Origin: a virus
Lineage: Duplodnaviria > Caudoviricetes
Length of the DNA: 46,279 nucleotides
Virus record (IMG/VR): IMGVR_UViG_3300020045_005726
Coordinates: 1-46,279 of that record
Reading direction: 5' to 3' (one strand)
The position numbers and the translations under genes were made by a program. Within the stretch, counting starts at the first letter, position 1. Each line of letters opens with the position of its first letter. Below, piece by piece: positions 8,888 through 18,610 of this stretch. The notes beneath the pieces are model-generated. The model had not been told where the DNA came from, did no database searches, and saw only the letters and a list, made by a program, of their open reading frames with translations.

Positions 8888-8921
8888 TAAATGCCCGTAC
8901 ATTGAGGCGGGCTAATTTATT
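8888..8921 (+). terminator. hairpin after major capsid gene
   Basis: AATAAAT-GCCCGT...GCGGGC-TAATTTATT; imperfect. Confidence 0.4.
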
Positions 8922-8941
8922 CACGCAATGAGGATTTTGTA

Positions 8942-9358
8942 ATGTCAAAAACAGTATTGGTTAATGATACAAATCAGCGCCTTGGTGTAACCCTCTTGAG
9001 CGGTGAAACCATCTATGTAGAGCCTCGCAGCAAAAGCAAGTCTATCGATATTGACGAAGGCACCTTGAAAGGCATTCGCGCATCCAGCAATTTAAAAATC
9101 GCTGGTGAGGAAGAGGATGTCGCCGGTCAATCATCCGGTGATAACGAAGCCTTGGCGCGCTTGGTCGCTGAAAATGAGGCGCTTAAAGGCCAGCTTGATA
9201 GAGCTGCCGTTACTCTCGCCGACCTAAAGGGCAAGCTGGATGAGGCTGAGAAATCAGTTACCGCATTGAGCGCCGACAATGCCGACCTAAAGGGCAAGCT
9301 GGATGAGGCTGAGCTGCTTCTGCTTGATAGCAAAAGTGATGGCAAAAAAGGCAAATAA
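8942..9358 (+). CDS. hypothetical coiled-coil virion-associated protein
   Basis: 138 aa ORF with GAGGA RBS; internal repeat ADLKGKLDEAE x2. Confidence 0.7.
   Translation: MSKTVLVNDTNQRLGVTLLSGETIYVEPRSKSKSIDIDEGTLKGIRASSNLKIAGEEEDVAGQSSGDNEALARLVAENEALKGQLDRAAVTLADLKGKLDEAEKSVTALSADNADLKGKLDEAELLLLDSKSDGKKGK
9218..9313 (+). repeat. 33-nt direct repeat, 63-nt period
   Basis: GCCGACCTAAAGGGCAAGCTGGATGAGGCTGAG at 9218-9250 and 9281-9313 (21 aa = three heptads). Confidence 0.9.
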
Positions 9359-9360
9359 TC

Positions 9361-9729
9361 ATGCCTTACGTGATTCCGACCGCTATTGAATTTAAGGCAC
9401 GCTTTGCTCCGGCTTTTGCTGATCTCGATGATGCATATATCGATGTGATGATCGCCGAGGCTGCGCGCAATGTTGATACCGGTTGGTCGGAGGAAGATTA
9501 TCAGCCTGCCATCATGTTTCTGGCTGCCCATAATATTGCCGAAGAGAAAAGCCTCGGTGGTGTTTATGGATCGCCAGGCATGACGATATCCAGCAAGCTC
9601 GGCGATGCCTCAGATACTTACGCACAGAACACAAGCATTGACTCTATGGGCATATACGGCGGCACTGTGTATGGTCGCCGTTACGCTCAGCTTTTAAGGC
9701 TCAATGCTCAAGCGGTTATATTGCTGTGA
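9361..9729 (+). CDS. head-tail adaptor (DUF4054-like)
   Basis: 'FKARF.PAF', 'LAAH', 'T.YGRRY..L'; position after the capsid genes. Confidence 0.75.
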   Translation: MPYVIPTAIEFKARFAPAFADLDDAYIDVMIAEAARNVDTGWSEEDYQPAIMFLAAHNIAEEKSLGGVYGSPGMTISSKLGDASDTYAQNTSIDSMGIYGGTVYGRRYAQLLRLNAQAVILL

Positions 9730-10058
9730 TTAATTACGCGAACCACATGAAACAGCAGCTTACCTACTGGGCGCCGCTGTCAAAAAACCAGTACAACGAA
9801 ACAACCTTTTCGGCTCCGGTTACCGTTATTTGCCGCTGGCAAGACAAGGCTGTTTTGTTTCGGAATAGCGATGGCCAAGAGGTAATCAGTAGTGCGGTGA
9901 TTTACCCGGTACAGCCGCTGGAGCTGAAGGGTTATGTGAAAAAAGGTGTGCATGCAGACCTTGAGCCGCTTGGATTGGCTGGTGCATTTGAGATTCGATG
10001 GTCTGGCGATAGCCCAAACCTAAGCGGAACAATTACGCTCAATAAGGTAATGGTTTAA
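9726..10058 (+). CDS. head closure protein
   Basis: 110 aa; synteny in the neck module; 4-nt overlap with the previous gene. Confidence 0.6.
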   Translation: MINYANHMKQQLTYWAPLSKNQYNETTFSAPVTVICRWQDKAVLFRNSDGQEVISSAVIYPVQPLELKGYVKKGVHADLEPLGLAGAFEIRWSGDSPNLSGTITLNKVMV

Positions 10059-10459
10059 TGGTCGATTCAGTAACCGGATTTGATGAGGTGATGAAAAACC
10101 TCAACACTCAAATAAACGGCATTAAAAACCGTTCGTTTGCCGGACTGATGGAATCTGGATTAAAGATTGAAGCAGCCAGTAATGAGCGTGCTCCAAGCGA
10201 ATACGGAAACCTTCGCGGCAGTTCATATACCAGGAAGTCGCAAGATGAATCTTTATCTGTAGAGGTTGGATATACGGCGGCTTATGCGGTTTATGTCCAC
10301 GAAAACCTTGAGATGAAATTAGCGGGCATTCTTCGCCCGAGTGGCCTCGGCAAATACTGGGGGCCAAAGGGTGAAAATAAATTTTTGGAAAAGACCGTGC
10401 GCTTAAATGAAGCCAATATACTCAGGATTATTCAGCATCATGCGAGCGTGGGCGAATGA
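10058..10459 (+). CDS. neck/tail completion protein (HK97 gp10-like)
   Basis: 'P...GNLRGS', 'VGYTA.YA.YVHE', 'KFLE'. Confidence 0.75.
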   Translation: MVDSVTGFDEVMKNLNTQINGIKNRSFAGLMESGLKIEAASNERAPSEYGNLRGSSYTRKSQDESLSVEVGYTAAYAVYVHENLEMKLAGILRPSGLGKYWGPKGENKFLEKTVRLNEANILRIIQHHASVGE

Positions 10460-10836
10460 ATAGCGCAGCACATGATATTGCAGCTCATCTTACCGCCTTG
10501 GATGTTGTTGTTGCCGGGTCGGTATTTATCGGCGAAGAGCCTTTATCGCCAAATGATTGCGTAACGATTTACGACACGGGCGGCGGCGATCCATTCCCTG
10601 ATATTGAGTTTTACGATACATCTATCCAAATCCGCGTAAGGGATACGAAATACACCGATGCTTACGCCAAGCAAAACCAGATTAGGGAGGCGCTGATTAT
10701 ACCAACCACCTTTGAAATTAACGGCACCCGGTATATCGGAGTTTGGAATCAGGGCGACATTATCAGCCTTGGAAAAGATCAGAACAACAGAGCAATTTTA
10801 ACCTCAAACTACAGAATCGAGAGGCAATCACTATGA
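10456..10836 (+). CDS. tail terminator protein
   Basis: 'P..P.DCVTIYDTGG', 'IQIRVR', 'LG.D.N.R'; directly before the tail tube gene. Confidence 0.7.
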   Translation: MNSAAHDIAAHLTALDVVVAGSVFIGEEPLSPNDCVTIYDTGGGDPFPDIEFYDTSIQIRVRDTKYTDAYAKQNQIREALIIPTTFEINGTRYIGVWNQGDIISLGKDQNNRAILTSNYRIERQSL

Positions 10837-11237
10837 GTGAAATTGGATATAACGGTCGAGTTTTTAAAATTAAGCTCGATGCCACGGTAATTGCTGCGAT
10901 TCAATCAAAAACGGCAACCCATGCGCGCGAGGCAGTTGATGTTACTAACGACGACTCTAACGGCTGGCGTGTACTCCTGCCAAATCCAGCAGTGCGATCA
11001 ATGGATGTATCCGTTGAAGGCGTCGCCACTGAGGACAACTACCAAATCATCCTTGATGAATGGCTTGGCGTGGTTAACAGCGCTATCACTATCGAGCATG
11101 CAGACGGATCAGTCGCCCAAGCTGCTCACGGTTTCTTCTTGGGTAACGTTGAGTTTTCCGGCACTAATGATGGCCATGTAGCATTTACCGCATCGCTGCA
11201 GTCATCCGGCGCCGTAACTATCACCCCAGCACCGTAA
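10833..11237 (+). CDS. major tail tube protein
   Basis: Start reassigned to the ATG at 10833 (GAGG RBS, MSEIGYNG); 'VDVTNDDS.GWR..L', 'F.ASLQSSG.VT'. Confidence 0.85.
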   Translation: MSEIGYNGRVFKIKLDATVIAAIQSKTATHAREAVDVTNDDSNGWRVLLPNPAVRSMDVSVEGVATEDNYQIILDEWLGVVNSAITIEHADGSVAQAAHGFFLGNVEFSGTNDGHVAFTASLQSSGAVTITPAP

Positions 11238-11254
11238 CAGTTGCGTGTAACCTT

Positions 11255-11280
11255 GCGGCTTGAAATATAGCCGCCTTTTT
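11255..11280 (+). terminator. intrinsic terminator
   Basis: GCGGCT-TGAAATAT-AGCCGC-CTTTTT. Confidence 0.65.
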
Positions 11281-11331
11281 ACGCCAACAAACCTAAACCA
11301 GACGCGAAAAGCGCTATAGGAAAACACGCAA

Positions 11332-11829
11332 ATGAAACAGTCATTACGCAAAACAATCGTTTTACCAATCCAGCTCGAAAACTCTATCGAAGAGGTTTTG
11401 ATTAATGTCGATTGGGATATCCTCGAAAAAGTCGAGCGCGTTTACAACACAAGCGCCGAGTATGTCGCCGCTCAAATCCTTGTTAATGTCGCGCACGTAC
11501 AGCGCCGCCATGTTGCGCAGATTCTTTGCCTATGGTGCCAAGGTAAAACCAAATTAAAGCAGGTCGAAATCACTGAGGCCGTACAGACTGCCGACCAGGA
11601 TCAGCTCTACCGCTATGTCGGAATGATTCAGGCCGCCGTGCTTTGGTCGATTCGCGGGGCCGACGGAAAGCCTTTAATTACTGATGCTCAGTTCGATCAG
11701 CTGGTTAATGGTGAGGATATCGAGCAGTCAGAAGATGAGGATCCAGCGACCGGCGCGGCACCAAGCAAAAAGCCCGGTGAAAAAGCAAAAAAGCCTATCG
11801 CGGGTACATCCAAGAAGCGTATCAGCTAG
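11332..11829 (+). CDS. tail assembly chaperone (gpG-like)
   Basis: Between tail tube and tape measure; slippery site near the 3' end. Confidence 0.8.
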   Translation: MKQSLRKTIVLPIQLENSIEEVLINVDWDILEKVERVYNTSAEYVAAQILVNVAHVQRRHVAQILCLWCQGKTKLKQVEITEAVQTADQDQLYRYVGMIQAAVLWSIRGADGKPLITDAQFDQLVNGEDIEQSEDEDPATGAAPSKKPGEKAKKPIAGTSKKRIS

Positions 11830-11975
11830 CCAACTCGCTCGGCATTCAGCCGGGCGAATTTTGGAAGATGAGCCCCGCAGAAACATGGCTCCTTTATGAT
11901 GGGGTCAAGCCGCCTGAAATGGTCGGCAATATGAAAAAAGATACGTTCGATCGCTTGCGCGACTTGCTTCACTAG
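11787..11975 (+). CDS. -1 frameshift extension of the tail assembly chaperone (gpGT, 11332..11975)
   Basis: In-frame A AAA AAG at 11787-11793. The -1 frame reads AYRGYIQEAYQLANSLGIQPGEFWKMSPAETWLLYDG...LRDLLH*, with the gpT-type 'G..P.EFW.MSP.E' motif, and ends 11 nt before the tape measure gene. Confidence 0.85.
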   Translation, partial: KKAYRGYIQEAYQLANSLGIQPGEFWKMSPAETWLLYDGVKPPEMVGNMKKDTFDRLRDLLH

Positions 11976-11986
11976 CCGGAGTTTTT

Positions 11987-13969
11987 ATGCCAAGTCTTGG
12001 TAATCTATTTGTCACGATTGGAGCCAAGACACAAGGCTTAGACGATGGCGCGAAAAAATCAGAATCAACACTTAATTCCCTTCAAAAATCGATGCGCTCG
12101 GTTATCGGGTCGTCCGCCCTTTTGGCAACTGCTGCCGTTGGCGCTGGCGCCGCTATTATTGCCAGTCTGGTTAATAGCGGGCGTCTTGCCATCGATACAC
12201 AGGCAAAGCTTGCGCAGGCGCTTGACGGAACCATAGGCGGATTGCGCGCCACCGAAATGGCGGCAGGCGATGCCGGTGTTGCCACTGAAGAGCTTTATGC
12301 TATTGCGGCAAAGCTTAACTCACGATTAGGAGAGGCGACCGGACAGACCGGGGCGGCCTATGATGCACTAACAAAGCTTGGGCTTTCCGCAGAATCTCTT
12401 ATAGGTCTCGATATCGATCAGCGTTTTGCAGCTATTGCAGATGCTATGCGGAGCATGAATTTATCTGGGGCCGAATCTCAGGACATAATGCGCGATCTTG
12501 GCGTAAGAAATGAAAACCTTGCAAACCTTATGCGACAGGGTGGCGATGCATTCCGTGAGCAGGCTCAAGCGGTTAGGGATTTGGGGCTTAATCTATCAAT
12601 GGTTGACGCTGCCAAAGTCGAGGCTGCAAATCGCGCCATCGATGATATGGGCGATGTGGTTACCGTCATCCAAGATAAATTAACCGTTGCTGCGGCTCCA
12701 TATTTGGAGGTTCTTGCCACTAAATTTAAAGAGCTGACCATTGGTAATAGTGGGTTTAGGGATGGTATTGATTCTACAATCAAAGGCATTCTTTCTGGAT
12801 TTGGGAAAGCCGCTGACGTAATACAAGGATTAAGGTTTGTCTTTAAAGGTGTAGAGCTTGCCGCCAAAGGGTTTGCGGCAACATCATTGATTGTTTTGGA
12901 GCGCACTTTTTCGGCGATAACGTTCGGTGCTGATTTGGCCATTATGGCCATAAATAAAATATCCGGCACAAAAATTGAATTGCTTGGCTCTGGCGCTTTT
13001 ATGTCAACCATACGAGAACTTAGGGACAGCACAATTGATTCGGTTTCAGAAGCAAGAGAAGAGCTTGCAGAAATTGCAAATCAGGAAATGCCGAGCGTAA
13101 AAGTTAAAAAATTTATGGATGAGGTGGCAGCACATTCATTGGAGGCGGCAAAAAAAGTAGTTGCAGCAAGACAAGCAATACTTGGCGAAGGCGGGGAAAA
13201 ACTAAAGCCAGTCGATACCGGAAATAAAAAGGATCAAGATCAATTCAAAAAGGATATGGAGGCGTGGAACGCTAAAAACGCCGCCGAGCTTGAGACCGTT
13301 AAGCAGCGATACCTCACAGAAGAGCAGCTGCTTGCCGAGCATCGCGAGTTAATGCTTGTTATTGGCGAAGAGTGGGATGCGGCGAAATTCGATACAGAAG
13401 AGCAATGGCGCAGCGTTAAAGAGCAGGCCGAAGCCGAGCACTTGCAGCGCCTAACTGATATGAATCGTAGCGCCTATGAAGGCATCGCGAACCTCATAGC
13501 ATTGAACTGGGGCAAGTCTGCTGCCTCCACTGCTGGTGCAATTAAATCAATTGTAGGCACCATGGCAACCGGCTCGCGCAAGGCATTTGAAATAAGCAAG
13601 GCGTGGGCTCTGGCTGATGCGCTCATCTCCACCTATCAAGGCATTGCGGCAGGCGTTAAACTCGGTTGGCCAATGGGCATACCTGCTGTAGCATGGGCAG
13701 CGGCTACCGGGTTTGCGCAAGTATCGGCAATTAAAAATCAATCATTTGGCGGTGCTGGTGGCGCTGCCGCATCAGGTAACGGTGCGCCCGCAACTGCTCC
13801 AAATCCTGTTGGTGTTGGCGGAAGCTCTGACCAGGGCGGCGGAGGCGGCACTTATCGATTTGAGGGTCTTAGTGCAGGCTCTTTTGTGTCGTCCGATATG
13901 GTGATAGAGATGCTAAAACAAGCTCAAAAAGACGGGGCATTGCGTGGACAAATTGAATTCGCTGCTTAA
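11987..13969 (+). CDS. tape measure protein
   Basis: 660 aa, Ala-rich and helical, N-terminus 'LGNLFVTIGA.T'; follows the chaperones. Confidence 0.88.
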   Translation: MPSLGNLFVTIGAKTQGLDDGAKKSESTLNSLQKSMRSVIGSSALLATAAVGAGAAIIASLVNSGRLAIDTQAKLAQALDGTIGGLRATEMAAGDAGVATEELYAIAAKLNSRLGEATGQTGAAYDALTKLGLSAESLIGLDIDQRFAAIADAMRSMNLSGAESQDIMRDLGVRNENLANLMRQGGDAFREQAQAVRDLGLNLSMVDAAKVEAANRAIDDMGDVVTVIQDKLTVAAAPYLEVLATKFKELTIGNSGFRDGIDSTIKGILSGFGKAADVIQGLRFVFKGVELAAKGFAATSLIVLERTFSAITFGADLAIMAINKISGTKIELLGSGAFMSTIRELRDSTIDSVSEAREELAEIANQEMPSVKVKKFMDEVAAHSLEAAKKVVAARQAILGEGGEKLKPVDTGNKKDQDQFKKDMEAWNAKNAAELETVKQRYLTEEQLLAEHRELMLVIGEEWDAAKFDTEEQWRSVKEQAEAEHLQRLTDMNRSAYEGIANLIALNWGKSAASTAGAIKSIVGTMATGSRKAFEISKAWALADALISTYQGIAAGVKLGWPMGIPAVAWAAATGFAQVSAIKNQSFGGAGGAAASGNGAPATAPNPVGVGGSSDQGGGGGTYRFEGLSAGSFVSSDMVIEMLKQAQKDGALRGQIEFAA

Positions 13970-13985
13970 AAAATTATGGGGTCGT

Positions 13986-14873
13986 ATGGCAATTTTTATT
14001 AGCAATATGCTTTACCTTGCGGCTATCGGTGGTGGTGGCGGTGGCGGTGGCGCAACTTACATAGTCAGAAATAAGCCGCTCATAGGGTGGCAATCACTGT
14101 ATGACGTTGGCGATGTTACAGCATCCGAATTTGTAGACGGATTTCCAGCTTCGGCGGTATGGAGTGGCGACACTTATACCCGGTGGAAGTCTCCCGCATC
14201 CGGCTTAACATCATTTGAGCGGTCACTTACATTTTTTAAATCCGGCTCTGGCTCAGTTGATTATGTTGGCATCGCTGGGCACAACCTTGGCGATAATGAA
14301 ATTTCTTATCAGCTTTTTTCAAGCACAGACGGGGTTTCATGGACAGACGAAACCCCCGCTCGCGTCCCTGTAGATAACAGCGCAATCATTGAGCATTTTG
14401 ATTCTGTCGTTGGCCCTTATTTCAAATTGGTTTTTGTCGTTCCGGCAGAAACTGAAGGGGTTACTGTTGCTCATGTAAAAATTGGGAGAATATTGCAGCT
14501 TGAGCGCCCTCGCTATGTTGGGGATATTCCTGCCGGTATGGATACACAAGTGGAAAAAATTGCATCAAAATCCTACAGCGGGCAGCACCTTGGCAGCGTT
14601 TTAATATCTCAGGGTAATAAGTTCAGCATAACTCAAGAAAATAATACCCCTGGGTTTATTCGCGCACCCGCACTGCAGAACTTTTTCAGGCATGCGCATT
14701 TGCTGCAAAAATTATCAAATGGCCCAACAGAAACATTTTTCTTTGCCTGGCGCCCTGATGACTTGCCGCTAGAGGTTCAGTATTGCGGCGAGACCACAAG
14801 CTTTAACGCTCCAACAAACCAGCGCGCAAATGGACTGATGCAGTGGTCAATGAGCGGGGATGCTTATCTGTGA
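13986..14873 (+). CDS. tail tip/distal tail protein
   Basis: Follows the TMP; 'VDYVGIAGHNL'; start taken at ATG 13986 (GGGG RBS). Confidence 0.65.
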   Translation: MAIFISNMLYLAAIGGGGGGGGATYIVRNKPLIGWQSLYDVGDVTASEFVDGFPASAVWSGDTYTRWKSPASGLTSFERSLTFFKSGSGSVDYVGIAGHNLGDNEISYQLFSSTDGVSWTDETPARVPVDNSAIIEHFDSVVGPYFKLVFVVPAETEGVTVAHVKIGRILQLERPRYVGDIPAGMDTQVEKIASKSYSGQHLGSVLISQGNKFSITQENNTPGFIRAPALQNFFRHAHLLQKLSNGPTETFFFAWRPDDLPLEVQYCGETTSFNAPTNQRANGLMQWSMSGDAYL

Positions 14874-17095
14874 GTGCGCAAGAGCTTTTATACGTTGAGA
14901 TGGATTGCCCTAAGTGCCCACACACTTATGGAGTCGCACCGTGCACGGCTGATGGTGATAATGAATGCAAGAACACGCCAAATACATGCCAAGACCTGCC
15001 AAATTTCGGAACTGGTGAGATTCAAACTATTAGATGGGTTCAAGCTGCAAGCTTTGTGCCTATTGAGCCTTACGCGGTGCCAAGCTTAAATAATGTAAGC
15101 ACCAGCTCGCAAAGAATTAACCCAGGTGAAAACTTGGGCAAGCGCGAGCGCGTAACGTGCACTTTTTTCAACCACACGCACAATGACACCGACCTTGACC
15201 CATATGTCGCAACACGCCCATATAACCCCTATGAGCGCGGCACTTACTGGGGCAAGTTTGCGGCGATGTATCCCAATGTGCAGGGTTACCCTGTGCGCAT
15301 TATTCGCGGCAATACTGATCAAGAATTCGCAGCTATGGAGGTTAGCCACTACATTGCCGATGTTGGCAAAATAGCGGGCGATAAAACCGGATATAGCATT
15401 ACAGCCAAGGACGTTCTCGATTTTGCAGAGGGAAATAAAACACTTTGCCCGGCGCCGAGCCAAGGACTTCTATCTGTTGATATCACATCATCGGACACCA
15501 GTGTTGTGCTTGAGCCTGTAGGCATTGGAGCTGAATATCCTGCAACATTTGACGCATCCATAGGTGATGAGTCGGTGCGGTGCAGCATATCCGGGGATAC
15601 AGTTACATTTATCGAGCGAGGGGCATATTTTAGCGTTGCAGATGAGCATGAAGAGGGCGACACACTTCAGATTATGGAGTCATTTATAAGTCAAGATGTA
15701 AGCCAGATTTTGGAGCGTCTTCTTGATTACACTGAAACCCCTGCAGATTATTACAATGTTGCACAATGGGATGCACAGGTTGCTTTGGTTAGCAGCCCGA
15801 GCCTTACTGCAAGGGTTGCACAGCCAACGCCGGTATTTGAGCTTATCCAAGATTTAATGAAAGATATGGCGCTCGATATCCACACGGATATTGTTGCCAA
15901 GAAAATTATAATGAAGTTTTTGATTGCCCAGTACCCGACCATGGGGATAACTGATGACAACATGGATTCTCCGCGCGTTAATTTCTACGATGATAAGCGC
16001 GTTGATATATTTTTCTTGTCTTTTGGGCGTAAAAATCCATTGTTAAAAATGGATGAGCCGCGTAACTATCCGGCGACTATTGTTCGCCCGTCATCCAATC
16101 CGGTGGCGGTAATTATGGGAAACCCTGCAGCTATTAGGCGGCAGCGATCAAGATGGATTCCTGCATTCTTGCGCGCGCAGGCGAGCCAAACCACTGAGTT
16201 TGTTGTGGGACGCTATGAGCTTGCCCCGCGCGGGCTTACGTGCAAAATGAAAGCAACTCTTGCGCCAGAAATGGCACAGGTTGTAAACGTTACCTCAAGT
16301 GTTTTTGAGGATGAATATGGCGGCACACCGACTATACCAATGCAGGTAGTTTCGCTCAGCAAAGCACAAGGAAATTATACCCTTGAGCTTGAAGAGTTTC
16401 GTGCTACCGGGTTTGATCCTGATGACCTTACAATTATTGTTTCGCTTACTGAAAGTAAATATAGGATGGGCGGGTTTAGCTCATTCAGAGCTATTTTTGA
16501 TTCTATTTATCCTACCGCTATACCGGTAGGGGCCACCGTTAGGTTTGAGGCTGATTCCGGTGTAATTTATGGCGCTGAAAATGTAATGTCCGGACTGTTT
16601 TCGGTTGTTATGGGGGACTGGCCGGAAGTTGATAGTGATGGGCTTATAATTCAAATTGTCGGACTATCAATAATCGGGCGCGGCGGCGATGCGGGTGAAG
16701 GGCTTGACGATGGCGATACCGATAACGATGGAGAGCAAGGCTACCATGGCTTTTATACCCGCGTTGACGTTGAGCTAATTGATTGCATTGTTGCGGGCGG
16801 TGGCGGGGGCGGTGGCGGGGCATCAAACGCCTCTCTTGGGGCTTACGGTGAAGGTGGTGGCGGAGCTGGTTATGAGGCTGGCACTGGATTTAATAATGGC
16901 ACCCTAACAACAGGCGGAGCTGGCGAATATGTTGGCGTTGCAACTGCAGGTGATGGTGGAGACCTTGGGCAGCCGGGTACAGATGGTGTGGGTATGGAAT
17001 TTGGCACTGGCGGACCTGCAGGCATCGCAATCGATGGAGTGAGTTATGTTACTCTCAGCGGCACAACTGTGACTTATGGTGCAACAATTAATTAG
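14870..17095 (+). CDS. tail hub/central fibre protein with Gly-rich C-terminus
   Basis: N-terminal 'C..TYG..PC.A...C.NT..TC' Cys cluster and C-terminal GGGGG repeats; likely GTG start at 14870. Confidence 0.75.
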   Translation: MSAQELLYVEMDCPKCPHTYGVAPCTADGDNECKNTPNTCQDLPNFGTGEIQTIRWVQAASFVPIEPYAVPSLNNVSTSSQRINPGENLGKRERVTCTFFNHTHNDTDLDPYVATRPYNPYERGTYWGKFAAMYPNVQGYPVRIIRGNTDQEFAAMEVSHYIADVGKIAGDKTGYSITAKDVLDFAEGNKTLCPAPSQGLLSVDITSSDTSVVLEPVGIGAEYPATFDASIGDESVRCSISGDTVTFIERGAYFSVADEHEEGDTLQIMESFISQDVSQILERLLDYTETPADYYNVAQWDAQVALVSSPSLTARVAQPTPVFELIQDLMKDMALDIHTDIVAKKIIMKFLIAQYPTMGITDDNMDSPRVNFYDDKRVDIFFLSFGRKNPLLKMDEPRNYPATIVRPSSNPVAVIMGNPAAIRRQRSRWIPAFLRAQASQTTEFVVGRYELAPRGLTCKMKATLAPEMAQVVNVTSSVFEDEYGGTPTIPMQVVSLSKAQGNYTLELEEFRATGFDPDDLTIIVSLTESKYRMGGFSSFRAIFDSIYPTAIPVGATVRFEADSGVIYGAENVMSGLFSVVMGDWPEVDSDGLIIQIVGLSIIGRGGDAGEGLDDGDTDNDGEQGYHGFYTRVDVELIDCIVAGGGGGGGGASNASLGAYGEGGGGAGYEAGTGFNNGTLTTGGAGEYVGVATAGDGGDLGQPGTDGVGMEFGTGGPAGIAIDGVSYVTLSGTTVTYGATIN

Positions 17096-17102
17096 GTGAT
17101 TT

Positions 17103-18113
17103 ATGGCATTTGAAAATTTCCCCATTCCATCTGCAAAAGTTAGCGAGCTATCAGCGGCCACGCTACCACTGACGGGAACCGAAAGCGTTCCAATAGTGCA
17201 GGGCGGCTTAACCGTAAAGGCGCCTGCATCGGCTTTTGGTGGCCTTCTGTACTTGTCGCAAGGTAAAGCTACCGCCGCTCCCAATGCAACAGTTCCGGTT
17301 GTTAGCTTGGTCGCCACAGGCTCAGAAACAGATATAGATTTCGTCTTATCCCCAAAAGGGCAGGGCGGATTTTCTCTTCAGGTTGCCGATAACACAACTG
17401 CAGGTGGAAATAAGCGCAATGGTAAAGCTGTTGATCTTCAGCTTATTCGGGAAACTGCTGCCGAGGTGGCAAGCGGTTATTTTTCTGGAATTTTAAGCGG
17501 CAGCTCTAACACAGCGTCAGGCGCTTTTGCTGTCGTTGTTGGCGGCAACAGAAACGTTGCCTCTGGGCAAAACTCATGGGTTCCAGGCGGTTCCGCGTGC
17601 CTTGCTGATGCAGGACTGAGCACCGCATCGGGCGGATTTGCTACTGCGCGCGGAGTGCGCGGGGTAGAAGCTCATGGCGTCGTAAGTTTTACCAGTGATA
17701 AGGGTAGCCGCCAGCGACGCAAATTTGACATGAGCAACCGGACAACTAACGCCACGCCAGCTAACTTATTAACTGATCATCTTGGTGGCGATGGAATATT
17801 GAATATAAATCTGCCTGTTAATGGCTCCTTGTATCTGGTGAAAGGGGTTGTTACAGCTATAGCATCGACAAGCTTTGATGTTAAAACATGGGAATTTAGC
17901 GCAACAGTTAAGCGCGGCGCAGGGGTTGGGACGGTTGCAATAATCGGAACACCAATTCTTACCGTTCTTGATGCAGATTCAGGTGCATCCGCGTGGGATG
18001 TAGATTTTGCGGCTGATACAACCAATGGTTATTTTAATATCGTTGTAACCGGTGAGGCCGCAAAAACAATCTCATGGGCTGCAACTGTTGAGACTACAGA
18101 GTCCACCATATGA
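17103..18113 (+). CDS. tail fibre protein
   Basis: 'A.PLTGTE.VPIVQ.G.T.K' N-terminus, 'GGN.R...AVDLQ', short S/G repeat units. Confidence 0.7.
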   Translation: MAFENFPIPSAKVSELSAATLPLTGTESVPIVQGGLTVKAPASAFGGLLYLSQGKATAAPNATVPVVSLVATGSETDIDFVLSPKGQGGFSLQVADNTTAGGNKRNGKAVDLQLIRETAAEVASGYFSGILSGSSNTASGAFAVVVGGNRNVASGQNSWVPGGSACLADAGLSTASGGFATARGVRGVEAHGVVSFTSDKGSRQRRKFDMSNRTTNATPANLLTDHLGGDGILNINLPVNGSLYLVKGVVTAIASTSFDVKTWEFSATVKRGAGVGTVAIIGTPILTVLDADSGASAWDVDFAADTTNGYFNIVVTGEAAKTISWAATVETTESTI

Positions 18114-18598
18114 GCGAGATTGGCTATAACGGGCGCGATTTTGAGATATTGCTTGCTGGCAATGTTATTGCGGCTGTTAAATCAAAAACCTCTGCCTATT
18201 CGCGCGAGGCAGTTGGCGTAACCAATGACGATTCAAACGGATGGCGGACTGTTTTGCCAGAGCCGAGCGTTAAGGGTGCTTCAGTATCAATTGAGGGCGT
18301 GGCAACAGACGATAATTGCGATATATTGCTGGATGAATGGCTTGGGATTGCCAATACCCTGATTACCATTAGGAATGCGGATGGATCAATAGCATCGGCT
18401 CAGCATGGTTTTTTCCTTTCATCGCTTGAGATAAGCGGCGGCCATGATGGCCATGTTGCATTTACTGCAACCTATGAATCATCTGGCGAGGTGACTATTG
18501 CTGCACCAAGCGGTGCATTATTTTCAATGGTTGCTACTGAAAATGGCTATGCATTAATGGCAGAAAGCGGCGAAGCATTGACCACAGAATCAATTTAA
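18110..18598 (+). CDS. second tail-tube paralogue with C-terminal extension
   Basis: About 85/130 identical residues to 10833..11237 (hand count, ungapped), plus a ~28 aa tail '..ATENGYALMAESGEALTTESI'. Confidence 0.85.
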   Translation: MSEIGYNGRDFEILLAGNVIAAVKSKTSAYSREAVGVTNDDSNGWRTVLPEPSVKGASVSIEGVATDDNCDILLDEWLGIANTLITIRNADGSIASAQHGFFLSSLEISGGHDGHVAFTATYESSGEVTIAAPSGALFSMVATENGYALMAESGEALTTESI

Positions 18599-18610
18599 AG
18601 TGAGTTATCT

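Noticed and set aside
10743-10832. ORF-track N-terminal extension of the tail tube protein
   Set aside because: It overlaps the upstream gene; the paralogue and RBS both support ATG 10833.
14028-14051. Gly8 GGT/GGC run as a phase-variable repeat
   Set aside because: Mixed codons, in frame; a simple flexible linker.
10833-18598. Tail-tube duplicate as a DGR template/variable repeat
   Set aside because: No reverse transcriptase, differences are not adenine-specific, and both copies are intact ORFs.
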